In this document: positions 1-8,378 of the stretch, in pieces
Numbering within the stretch: position 1 is the first letter of the stretch
Layout: each line of letters begins with the position of its first letter
Source of the DNA: Gemmatimonadota bacterium
Lineage (GTDB): Bacteria > Latescibacterota > UBA2968 > UBA8231
NCBI GenBank assembly: GCA_038153405.1
Contig: JAYOYH010000003.1
Coordinates: forward strand, 31,678 to 66,359
Length of the DNA: 34,682 nucleotides
Direction of reading: 5' to 3'
Made by a program: the position numbers and the translations under genes
The notes under the pieces: model-generated
Database searches by the model: none
Told to the model about the DNA's origin: nothing
The model's input: only the letters and a program-made list of their open reading frames with translations

Positions 1-62
1 ACGGAATATAGTGCGGCCAAGTCGTGCGATAGAGGCGTTTCTATTTTAAACAGTGAAGTCAT
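1..62 (-). CDS. possible 5' end of a gene running off the left edge (MTSLFKIETPLSHDLAALYS...)
   Basis: ATG at 62-60 is preceded by GGTGAG and the frame is open to the window edge; only 20 codons are visible. Confidence 0.3.
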   Translation of the reverse strand, partial: MTSLFKIETPLSHDLAALYS

Positions 63-123
63 GCGCTCACCATGGAATGGGGTTGTATGCGGCAGCTGTA
101 ATGGGGTTGGGCAAATCGCTCTC

Positions 124-1548
124 TTACTTACCAATGAGCTGGTGTTTGCGCAACAGGTGGCGAAAGCGATCGTAGCTCAAACTGAGAGCGAGCGCGGCCG
201 ATTTTTGGTTGCCTTCCGCCCCCTCTAGCGCGCGCGTGAGCAACCCGCGCTCTTGGGCGGCCATGTGCGCGTCAAAATCGCCCGCCGTTTTTTCTCCAGC
301 GCGCCCACCCTCCAGCAGTTCGGGCGGAAGGTCACCGGCCACGACTCGTTCGCCCTTAGCCACGCAGAGTGCTCTTTCTACGGCAAACTTGAGCTCGCGC
401 ACGTTACCCGGCCAAGCGTAGGCTTCCATGGCCCCTAGCGCTTCCTCCGAAAATTCTCGGCGAACCATGGAGGGCACTTCGTCGAAGAGTTGGCCGGCAA
501 CGTATGCGCAGAGCGGGCGGATATCCTCTATGCGCTCGCGCAGCGGCGGCAACTCGATGACGGCAAAGCGCAATCGGTCGTACAAATCGGCGCGAAAGCG
601 CCCCTCTGCTATTTCCGTTTCCAGGTTGGCATTGGTTGCGGCAACCACCCGCACATCGACCCGCACCGTCCGATTGCCTCCCGTCCGTTCAAATTCCTGA
701 TACTCAATGACGCGCAGTACGTTTTTTTGAAAGTCGACCGAAGTATTGCCTATTTCGTCCAGAAAGAGCGTGCCGCCATCGGCCGACTCAAAACGCCCCC
801 TACGAGTGTCGGATGCTCCGGTAAAGGCGCCTTTTTCATGACCAAAAAGCTCCGATTCCAGCAGCGAGTCGGAAAGCGCGGCGCAGTTCATCTTGACAAA
901 GGGGCGATCGCGGCGGTCGCTGCCGCTGTGCAGGGCCGCCGCGATTAACTCCTTGCCCGTGCCTCGCTCGCCGCGTATGAGTACCGGCCGGGGAATTGAA
1001 GCGATCTGCTCCACATGTTCAAGAACCGCCTGTATCTTAGCACTCGCGCTCACTACGCGGTAGCGCTGTCCCAACTCACTGCGATAGAAGTTCAGGTCCC
1101 GGCCAAGCGCTTCGTTTTCCGCTCTCAGGCGCGCGTTTTCTCGCAGGACCACTAGCATTCGCTCGATTTTCTCTACCCCTATCTCCAGCTTGTCTTCGAC
1201 GTAGAGGTCTTTCTCTATAAAGTCGGCCGCCCCGTTTTGCACCGCCTCAACCGCCGCCTCGACGCTTCCCTTGCCGGTGAGGATAATAACCGGCAGTTGG
1301 GGTCGGACGTTCTTGATCCGGCGCAGTACTTCAATACCATCGGGCTGGCCGGCGCCAAAGTCGAGGTCGAGGACGACGAGTTCGACTTGGTCATCGCCGT
1401 CGGACAAATAGGTCAGCACCGCATCGCCGCTGGCAAAGGTCCGCACTGCTTTGCCTAACGTGCGCAGCGTTTGCCCAAGCATATCCCGCACTTCCACCTG
1501 ATCATCGGCAATGAGCACCAACCCCTTTTCAACCTCCATTGCAGTCAT
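124..1548 (-). CDS. sigma-54-dependent response regulator (REC + AAA+ + Fis-type HTH), PspF-like AAA+/HTH
   Basis: REC domain (ADD, LVVLDLD, LTG, IEK); Walker A GERGTGKE; ESELFGHEKGAFTGA; Walker B LFLDE; WPGNVREL; C-terminal NQKSAALALSLSYDRFRHLLRKHQL resembles the PspF HTH. Confidence 0.95.
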   Translation of the reverse strand: MTAMEVEKGLVLIADDQVEVRDMLGQTLRTLGKAVRTFASGDAVLTYLSDGDDQVELVVLDLDFGAGQPDGIEVLRRIKNVRPQLPVIILTGKGSVEAAVEAVQNGAADFIEKDLYVEDKLEIGVEKIERMLVVLRENARLRAENEALGRDLNFYRSELGQRYRVVSASAKIQAVLEHVEQIASIPRPVLIRGERGTGKELIAAALHSGSDRRDRPFVKMNCAALSDSLLESELFGHEKGAFTGASDTRRGRFESADGGTLFLDEIGNTSVDFQKNVLRVIEYQEFERTGGNRTVRVDVRVVAATNANLETEIAEGRFRADLYDRLRFAVIELPPLRERIEDIRPLCAYVAGQLFDEVPSMVRREFSEEALGAMEAYAWPGNVRELKFAVERALCVAKGERVVAGDLPPELLEGGRAGEKTAGDFDAHMAAQERGLLTRALEGAEGNQKSAALALSLSYDRFRHLLRKHQLIGK

Positions 1549-1560
1549 CTTTCATCCAAG

Positions 1561-2916
1561 TCAGCCCCCGCTAACGGGTAGGGGTATATCCATGCGAAAC
1601 ACCGTGCCCTCTCCCCGTCGACTCACCACGCGCAGCGCGCCCCCATGCGCTTGAACGGTGCGCCGAGCGATGTTCAGGCCGTAGCCATTGCCGCCGTCTC
1701 GCATCGAAAAACCAGGTTCGAAAATCAGATCCCAATAGGCTTCTTCGATGCCGGGTCCGTCGTCTTCGACTTCGAAAAAAACCCGTTCGGCCTCGGCGTC
1801 AAACCCCACGCTCACTTCGACGATGCCCCCGCCCAACGGTTCTAACATTTCGAGGGCATTTAGGCACAGATTAAGCAGGGCTTCGCGCAGCATGCGCTCG
1901 TCGCCTTCTAAGGGGGGCAAGTCTTCCTGTGCGCGCACGCGCAGCGCGGAGTTCCACGGCTGGCTTTGCAGCATTTCGACGACGCGTTCGACCATCTTTG
2001 CCGCATCGATATCGGCCGGGCGCAGCCCCTCCTTTTTCATCGCACTGAGAAAGGCTACCCACTCTTCGAAGAGGCGCTGATATTCGGCTTCGACTTGCTT
2101 TAGTTCACCTTGCGCGCCGCCGCTAGTGCGCACCGTGCGGCGCAGTCGGCTTCCCACCAGCCCCATGCGATTCTTTAGCTGGTGCCCCTTGGTGTAGAAC
2201 CCCTCATAGACTTGCTCTTTGCCCGCTTCGACCATTTCCCTTGCCAAGTTGGCTAAAACCTGGGGGGCTTCTTCGGCAAACTCATCGATAATATGGGCGT
2301 ATTCGAGTGCCCATTCGCCTTCATGGCCAAGGCGCATGAGTAGCCGAGCCAGATTGGTATAGGGCTCGCGCAGCGACGGCTCCAACTGAATGGCTATCTT
2401 GTATTGGCCGACCGCGCCAATAAACTGCCCAGCTCGCTGGAGAACCTGTCCTAAGCTGTTGTGTCCTGCCGCCGACAACGGATCGAGCGCAAGGCCGCGG
2501 CGCAGCAGGCGAGCCGCTCGATCACCCTCGTCATCCGCTTCCGCACAGAGCGTACCCAGGGCAAAGAATAGTCGTTCCGCCCCCTCGATTTCTCCCCCCC
2601 CCTCTAAATAATCCAACGCGGCTTGCAGGTGTTTTTTGGCGCGCTGCCGCTGAGTGGAACGGGGCTGGCGCGACAGCAATAGACCGAGCTGTAAGTGGCT
2701 CTGCACATGACCCAACTGCGCGGCCCTCTCCCATGTTTCGATGGCGTCCTGCACCGACCCCAGACGCGCGTGGCACACCCCCTTTAAATGGATCAGTTCC
2801 ACCGCGCCCTCTTCGCGCCCGTCCATACCCTCCATCTCCCTAAGCGCCGCCTGCCAGTGGCCCAGCGCGAGCAGAGAGTGGATGAGCTCAGCGCTCTGCG
2901 ATCCGCTAACGGGCAC
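1561..2916 (-). CDS. soluble TPR-repeat sensor histidine kinase
   Basis: N-terminal TPR-like helices (e.g. AAGHNSLGQVLQRAGQFIGAVGQYKIAIQLEP); H-box GHQLKN, N-box LLNLCLNA, G1 EDDGPGI, F-box IFEPGFS, G2 GNGYGL; no TM segment seen. Start placed at GTG 2916, overlapping the upstream stop; the ORF track extends to 3012. Confidence 0.88.
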   Translation of the reverse strand: MPVSGSQSAELIHSLLALGHWQAALREMEGMDGREEGAVELIHLKGVCHARLGSVQDAIETWERAAQLGHVQSHLQLGLLLSRQPRSTQRQRAKKHLQAALDYLEGGGEIEGAERLFFALGTLCAEADDEGDRAARLLRRGLALDPLSAAGHNSLGQVLQRAGQFIGAVGQYKIAIQLEPSLREPYTNLARLLMRLGHEGEWALEYAHIIDEFAEEAPQVLANLAREMVEAGKEQVYEGFYTKGHQLKNRMGLVGSRLRRTVRTSGGAQGELKQVEAEYQRLFEEWVAFLSAMKKEGLRPADIDAAKMVERVVEMLQSQPWNSALRVRAQEDLPPLEGDERMLREALLNLCLNALEMLEPLGGGIVEVSVGFDAEAERVFFEVEDDGPGIEEAYWDLIFEPGFSMRDGGNGYGLNIARRTVQAHGGALRVVSRRGEGTVFRMDIPLPVSGG

Positions 2917-3385
2917 TTTCAACCCCGCGGCTCCAGTGTTTCTCGTGGGCAAAGAGCGCTTCGGGAAAACGGTAGACGACGACACCGGAGTCGCTAACTT
3001 CAACTTCTGCATACCCCCGATTGACCATACCCGTTACGATGTCGTCGACTTCTTCTACGGCCAGCCCCGTCTCGACGGCGATTTCCGTCATCATAAGACG
3101 CCCACCGCGCTGCTGTGCCAGTCGAATGATTTTATTTTGCTGGCGTCGATGCCGTATTAAATGAGCCGCCGCATCGAGTCGCTTGCCGAACATCCACAGC
3201 AGACTACCGACAATCGCCAAGGTCACGCCAACGGCAAACGGGGCGATGGACCGGTGTCCTCCCACATCGGTTGCGTCGAGAATCTCCCACAACCCATAGA
3301 GCATAAACCCAACGCCTAGGGGAACGGTTAGGCCACCCCACCCTTTGCAACACAGTGCACAGAACCGCTTAAAACTGCCCTCCAT
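2906..3385 (-). CDS. hypothetical membrane protein: two TM helices plus C-terminal winged-helix-like domain
   Basis: Hydrophobic segments WGGLTVPLGVGFMLYGLW and IAPFAVGVTLAIVGSLLWMFG, then IIRLAQQRGGRLMMTEIAVETGLAVEEVDDIVTGMVNRGYAEVEVSDSGVVVYRF; lies between pspA and the kinase; start chosen at ATG 3385 (uncertain). Confidence 0.75.
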   Translation of the reverse strand: MEGSFKRFCALCCKGWGGLTVPLGVGFMLYGLWEILDATDVGGHRSIAPFAVGVTLAIVGSLLWMFGKRLDAAAHLIRHRRQQNKIIRLAQQRGGRLMMTEIAVETGLAVEEVDDIVTGMVNRGYAEVEVSDSGVVVYRFPEALFAHEKHWSRGVESAR

Positions 3386-3476
3386 ATGACTACCCGCTCT
3401 CATTTTCAGCCCGTTTACTGCATCTTCTAGCTGGCGCATTATATGCCGTTTTATTCTCCGTAAGTTCGCGACCGAC

Positions 3477-4154
3477 CTATGGAACGTCCCGCTTTGCCTT
3501 GGCCTTGAGCGCATTCAGTTCGTCTTCGACAGCGCGTTCGACGTCAAGCTGGTGTACCTGGCGCTCAATGCCATCCATTTCACCGGCCAGCTCGGAGTGC
3601 GCAGCAGCTTCTGCCTCATTGGAGACGACCCGTTCCTCAAATCGTTCAAAGCTGGAAAACGCATCGCTACCCAATCCCGACAAACTTTGCGCTATGCGCT
3701 TGCGCGCTTCTGCGGCCTGGTGGCGCGCAATGAGCGTACCCTGTCGCGTGCGCCCCTCTTCGAGCTTTGTTTTTAGCGCCCGCAGTTGTTCGCGCAGCTG
3801 GTCGGCCGTCTGCTTGCTTTCTAAAATGGCTGGCTCCAGGTCGGCCACTGCACGAGCTTGGATCGCTTTTTGTTCTAACGCGCGCCGGGCCAGATCGTCG
3901 TCACCTGCTTCCACCGCTCGTTCCGCTTTGCCCTGCCATTGGCCAACCTGTTTCCGCCGGTCTTCACATTGGCGTTCCAAGCGTTTTTGGTTGGCGACGG
4001 CCGTGCCGACCGAAGCCGTCGCCTTGTTGACCGCTTCTTCCATATCCCGCACCATTTGCCGAATCATTTTTTCCGGATCTTCGGCCCGATCCAACAGCTC
4101 GCTCATATTGGACTTGAGAATATCGCGAATCCGTGCGAAAGTGCCCTTGGCCAT
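3477..4154 (-). CDS. pspA: PspA/IM30 family phage shock protein A
   Basis: FARIRDILKSNMSELLDRAEDPEKMIRQMVRDME N-terminus, coiled coil, GDDDLARRAL and FSSFERFEERV motifs; AGGAG RBS before ATG 4154. Confidence 0.95.
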   Translation of the reverse strand: MAKGTFARIRDILKSNMSELLDRAEDPEKMIRQMVRDMEEAVNKATASVGTAVANQKRLERQCEDRRKQVGQWQGKAERAVEAGDDDLARRALEQKAIQARAVADLEPAILESKQTADQLREQLRALKTKLEEGRTRQGTLIARHQAAEARKRIAQSLSGLGSDAFSSFERFEERVVSNEAEAAAHSELAGEMDGIERQVHQLDVERAVEDELNALKAKAKRDVP

Positions 4155-4208
4155 CGTCTTTAACTCCTGTGAGTGCATGGGTGATAACCGCGCTTGTGGA
4201 CGGACTAC

Positions 4209-4223
4209 GCAAGAGTCGTACCA
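4209..4223 (-). promoter_or_regulatory. sigma-54 (-24/-12) promoter of the pspA operon
   Basis: - strand reads TGGTACGACTCTTGC, an exact GG-N10-GC with one mismatch to TGGCACG-N4-TTGC, 55 bp upstream of pspA. Confidence 0.85.
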
Positions 4224-4310
4224 GCATATAAAAAAGACCTGCGCAAAAGACAATCGCCTTCTCTACCAATACATTACCAACCAATCAACGCGATGTCACG
4301 CCATTCCCAT

Positions 4311-4349
4311 TTGGCGGAATTGACCAACTGTGGTAGCGAATTCCGCCAA
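4311..4349. promoter_or_regulatory. paired upstream activator sites (UAS) for the sigma-54 activator
   Basis: Perfect 11-bp inverted repeat TTGGCGGAATT(4311-4321)/AATTCCGCCAA(4339-4349), equivalent to two imperfect 17-bp palindromes 22 bp apart, about 90-125 bp upstream of the -24 element. Confidence 0.65.
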
Positions 4350-4420
4350 CGGGCCCTATGAGCCTTTTGCTTTTCCCCTATCTTGGCTATTTTTCCTACT
4401 CATCTGATCGGAGCGTATTC

Positions 4421-5878
4421 ATGACGCATGTGCTCTTGGGACTGGGACTGTATTTGCTGTGTATGCTGGGCATTGGACTCTATGCCAGCCGACGCGTGGC
4501 TAGTTCGCAGGACTTTATCGTCGCCGGCAAGCGCCTGTCTCTGCCGCTGTGCACCGCAACGCTGGCCGCCACCTGGTTTGGTGGCGGCATCTGCATAGGG
4601 GCATCGAGTGCGGCCTATAAGGGAGGCTTTCTCTCCGTAATCGCCGACCCGTTTGGCGCCGCTCTCTGCCTTTTTTTAGCGGGTCTTTTCTACGTTCGCC
4701 TGTTGCGCCGCATGGGGCTTATGACCATCGCCTCGCTATTTAGCAGGCGATTTGACGAACGAGCTGGCCTATTGGCCAGCCTCTGCACCATACCCGCCTA
4801 TATCGGCTGGGTCGCTTCGCTGATGGTCGCCTTTGGGCGCATCTTGCAAAGCCTAACGGGCCTCGAACCCAATACCGGCATCGCAGTGGCCGCCGCCATC
4901 GTCCTAATATACACCTTCGCCGGGGGCATGTGGGCCGTTACCCTTACCGACCTCGTTCAGATCGTCATTTTGGTGCTCGGTCTGCTGATCCTAGCGCCTA
5001 TCCTACTCAGCGATATGGGCGGCTGGCAGGTGCTGGCAGCACAAATTCCGGCAGAGCGCTTTTACCTCTACCCGCGCGAGGCTGGCGCAACCGAATGGTT
5101 TGCCTATGCCCGCGACTGGTTGGTCATCGGTCTGGGTAACTTAGCCGGCCAAGACCTCATTCAGCGCAGCCTGTCCAGCCGCGATGAAAAGATCGCCTAT
5201 CGCAGCGCCTATCTGGCCGGTCTACTCTATATCAGCGTGGGCCTCATACCCGTATTTCTCGGACTGGCCGGTCGGGTGATCTTACCCGACCTGGCCGACC
5301 CCGATCTGATCATGATGGAACTGGCCCTGCGCTACCTGCCCGAAGCGGCGCTGGTGCTGTTTGTCGGCGCTCTGGTTTCCGCTCTTCTCTCCAGCGCCGA
5401 TAGCGCCCTGCTCGCTCCGGCCAGCGTGCTAGGATGGGATATGCTGCGCTTTTTCAAACCCAATATCGACGAGCGCACGGCGCTGAGAGCCTCGCGCGCC
5501 TCCGTCGTAGTTTTTGGCCTTTTTGCGATGTGGCTGGCCATGGATAAGACCTCTGTCTACGATCTGATGGTCGACTCTTGGTCCGTTCTCTTAGCCACGC
5601 TCTTCGTGCCCCTTACGGCTGGGCTGTGGTGGCCCAAGGGGAACGGCCCCGGCTGTCTGTCGTCTATTGTTGTTGGCTTTGTGTCTTGGCAGATCTTTCT
5701 CGCCCTAACGCCCGATCTGCCCGCCGACCTTATGGCCGTGCCCTTTGCAGCCCTGGCCTTTGTCGCCGTGAGCTTGCTCACCCAGCGCAGTGCGCCGCCC
5801 CGCCCGCTGAGCGATGAAGAGGGCCGCTCGCTGGATTATAGCAATCGATTGGGTATGCTTTTCTTTGACCGAAAATAG
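4421..5878 (+). CDS. sodium:solute symporter (SSS/SLC5 family), reminiscent of choline-transporter-like members
   Basis: About 13 TM helices; DFIVAGKRL, ATWFGGG, YTFAGGMWAVTLTDLVQ and ALLSSADS motifs; GGAG RBS before ATG 4421. Confidence 0.93.
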   Translation: MTHVLLGLGLYLLCMLGIGLYASRRVASSQDFIVAGKRLSLPLCTATLAATWFGGGICIGASSAAYKGGFLSVIADPFGAALCLFLAGLFYVRLLRRMGLMTIASLFSRRFDERAGLLASLCTIPAYIGWVASLMVAFGRILQSLTGLEPNTGIAVAAAIVLIYTFAGGMWAVTLTDLVQIVILVLGLLILAPILLSDMGGWQVLAAQIPAERFYLYPREAGATEWFAYARDWLVIGLGNLAGQDLIQRSLSSRDEKIAYRSAYLAGLLYISVGLIPVFLGLAGRVILPDLADPDLIMMELALRYLPEAALVLFVGALVSALLSSADSALLAPASVLGWDMLRFFKPNIDERTALRASRASVVVFGLFAMWLAMDKTSVYDLMVDSWSVLLATLFVPLTAGLWWPKGNGPGCLSSIVVGFVSWQIFLALTPDLPADLMAVPFAALAFVAVSLLTQRSAPPRPLSDEEGRSLDYSNRLGMLFFDRK

Positions 5879-5930
5879 TCAAACGCTGTACAGCACAATA
5901 TCTCGACCAAAACCACCAGGAGCTCGTGTC

Positions 5931-6827
5931 TTGAAGCAATTTTTTTCTTTTCCGCGAACCGCCGTCCTTCTCGCAATAGCGCTCGCCAGTTACCACTGCA
6001 GTCGCGAACCAGCCCCTTCCATCACGGCCGATGATGGCTCTGAAATGCTGCTGATTCCGGCCGGTTCCTTCACCATGGGAGGCCGCGAAGAAGATCTCGA
6101 AGGCTTTGAAAATCGCGCCTATAAAAACTACATCGCAGAACGGCCGCTGCACACCGTATCCATCAGCGCATTTTACATGGACAAGTACGAGATCACCCAC
6201 GCCCAATACGCTCGCTTTCTCGAAGCCATCAAGGATGCTGACGATCGCAGCATGGACCACCCCGACCAACCCGATAATACAGACCATCGACAGCACTATG
6301 TAGACGACACCCTCAACGACCCGCAGCAGCCCGCCGTAGGCATTAACTGGTATGACGCTTATGCCTACTGTAACTGGGCCGGCAAGCGCTTGCCAACGGA
6401 GGCCGAATGGGAGTACGCTGCACGCGGAGCCGGCGACGTATACCGCAAATATCCCTGGGGCAACGAAGAACCCGATGCCGGCGGCATCTGGCGCGCCAAC
6501 TTTCGCTCGCTGCAGGGCAGCGATGTGGATGGATATCACCGCTCCGCCCCCGTCGGCAGCTTTCCCGACGGAGTCAGCCCCTTTGGCATTATGGATATGG
6601 CCGGCAATGCCGAGGAATTCGTGAGCGATTGGCTCAGTTGGAATTACTACGGCCAGACGGAGGGCGCCCAGGATCCACAGGGCCCATTAGGCGGAAGGAA
6701 TAAGGTGATTAAAGGAGGGTCCTACGGCTCGGATAAATACCACATACGCATCGCCGTCCGACTCTATGGATCACCCGAGACGAAGACCGAACTCATCGGC
6801 ATTCGCTGCGCACAAGACCTGCCCTGA
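5931..6827 (+). CDS. formylglycine-generating-enzyme (SUMF1/FGE-sulfatase) domain protein, possibly an exported lipoprotein
   Basis: IPAGSFTMG, FYMDKYEIT, AYCNWAGKRLPTEAEWEYAARG, YPWG, DMAGN, KGGS, GIRC; hydrophobic N-terminus ending in Cys; TTG start after AGGAG. Confidence 0.9.
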   Translation: MKQFFSFPRTAVLLAIALASYHCSREPAPSITADDGSEMLLIPAGSFTMGGREEDLEGFENRAYKNYIAERPLHTVSISAFYMDKYEITHAQYARFLEAIKDADDRSMDHPDQPDNTDHRQHYVDDTLNDPQQPAVGINWYDAYAYCNWAGKRLPTEAEWEYAARGAGDVYRKYPWGNEEPDAGGIWRANFRSLQGSDVDGYHRSAPVGSFPDGVSPFGIMDMAGNAEEFVSDWLSWNYYGQTEGAQDPQGPLGGRNKVIKGGSYGSDKYHIRIAVRLYGSPETKTELIGIRCAQDLP

Positions 6828-6833
6828 GCGCGC

Positions 6834-6861
6834 TTGACAGCGTATTTGACCGCAGTACGTT
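6834..6861 (+). promoter_or_regulatory. sigma-70-type promoter of the ALDH gene
   Basis: TTGACA-16 bp-TACGTT in the intergenic gap, about 45 bp before ATG 6905. Confidence 0.55.
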
Positions 6862-6904
6862 GTAAAAAACTAGGCAACGCAACACCTAACCTAAGGAACC
6901 AGCC

Positions 6905-8314
6905 ATGAGAATGTATATTGGAGGACAGTGGGTCGATCGAGACGATCGCATAGACGTCATCAACCCATTTGATGGCTCGACCATCGACACCGTGCCCAAC
7001 GGCACGCCTGCCGATGTCGACGCGGCCATTGCCTCTGCCGAACGCGGCGCCAAGGTGATGGCCGCACTTTCGGCTTACGAGCGCTACAAAATACTCCACC
7101 GCGCCAGCGAGATCATGACCGAGCGCGTGGCTGACCTGGGGCGCACCATCACCCTAGAAGAAGGCAAGGTCATTGCCGAGGGCATGGGCGAAGCGGCGCG
7201 TGCGCAGGAGACCATTGAGCTTTCTTCGGAAGAGGCCAAGCGCCTTACCGGCGAAACGCTCGACCTGAGCGGCGCCTCAAACGGAGCGGGTAAATTTGGC
7301 TTTACCCTGCGCGTCCCCTGCGGGATAGTCGCCGCCATTACCCCCTTTAACTTCCCGCTCAACTTGGTCTGTCACAAAGTCGGCCCCGCACTGGCGGCGG
7401 GCAATGCCATCGTAGTAAAACCCGCCACCGACACACCCCTTTCGGCTCTCAAATTGGTGGAGATCTTGCTCGAGGCAGGCCTGCCTGCCGAGGCTATTCA
7501 GTGCGTCACCGGGCCCGGTGGTTCGATTGGCGATGCCATTAGCGCCGATCCGCGCGTGCGCAAGATCAGCTTTACTGGTAGCCGCGATATCGGCGAGCAC
7601 ATCTGCAAAACAGCCGGTCTGAAAAAGGTCACAATGGAATTGGGGTCTAACTCACCGCTCATCGTCATGGCCGATGCCGACCTCGAAAAAGTTGCTGCCG
7701 CCACCGCTTCCAGCGGTTTTGCCAATGCCGGACAGGTGTGTATTTCCGCCCAGCGCGTGCTGGTAAACGACGCCATTTACGGCGATTTCCTCGACGTGCT
7801 TAAACCGGCCATCGAGAAGCTAAAAACGGGCAACCCGCTCGACGAAAGCACCAAGATGGGGCCGATGATTCGCGAGCGCGATGCCGAGCGCGTCCACGCC
7901 TGGATCCAGGACGCAGTGGCTGGCGGCGCGCGCCTTATCACCGGCGGCACCCGCGAAGGCACTCTGCACGCCCCCACCGTCGTGGCCGACGTCGATCCGG
8001 GAATGCGCATTTCCTGCGATGAGATCTTCGGTCCGGCCATAGCCGTCAGCCGCTTTGACGATATCGATAGCGCCATTGCCGTGGCCAACGATACCAATTA
8101 CGGCCTGAGCGCGGCGATTTTTACCGAGAATATCAACTGGGCCCTCCAATATGCCCAGCAGGTCAATTCGGGCAATATTCATATCAACTGGGGCACGCAG
8201 TGGCGCGCCGACCTAATGCCCTACGGCGGTTTTAAGGAAAGCGGTATGGGCAAGGAAGGCCCGCGCTATGCCGTCGAAGAAATGACCGAAACCAAGATGG
8301 TCGTCATCCACTAA
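6905..8314 (+). CDS. NAD(P)-dependent aldehyde dehydrogenase
   Basis: ITPFNFP, KPA, SFTGS, catalytic MELG, AGQVC, EIFGP, YGL, PYGGFKESGMGKEG. Confidence 0.97.
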   Translation: MRMYIGGQWVDRDDRIDVINPFDGSTIDTVPNGTPADVDAAIASAERGAKVMAALSAYERYKILHRASEIMTERVADLGRTITLEEGKVIAEGMGEAARAQETIELSSEEAKRLTGETLDLSGASNGAGKFGFTLRVPCGIVAAITPFNFPLNLVCHKVGPALAAGNAIVVKPATDTPLSALKLVEILLEAGLPAEAIQCVTGPGGSIGDAISADPRVRKISFTGSRDIGEHICKTAGLKKVTMELGSNSPLIVMADADLEKVAAATASSGFANAGQVCISAQRVLVNDAIYGDFLDVLKPAIEKLKTGNPLDESTKMGPMIRERDAERVHAWIQDAVAGGARLITGGTREGTLHAPTVVADVDPGMRISCDEIFGPAIAVSRFDDIDSAIAVANDTNYGLSAAIFTENINWALQYAQQVNSGNIHINWGTQWRADLMPYGGFKESGMGKEGPRYAVEEMTETKMVVIH

Positions 8315-8316
8315 GC

Positions 8317-8360
8317 AAAAAAGCGGGAAGCGCCCAGTAGGAGAGCGCTTCCCGCTTTTT
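8317..8360. terminator. bidirectional rho-independent terminator
   Basis: AAAAAA-GCGGGAAGCGC-loop-GCGCTTCCCGC-TTTTT between convergent genes. Confidence 0.9.
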
Positions 8361-8378
8361 CCCGCTATTGCCTATCCC

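Noticed and set aside
2917..3012. N-terminal extension of the kinase ORF
   Set aside because: Overlaps the upstream gene by about 100 bp; the GTG at 2916 near the upstream stop is more plausible.
3499..4323. 274-aa + strand ORF
   Set aside because: Antisense shadow of pspA; Ser/Arg-rich with no motif.
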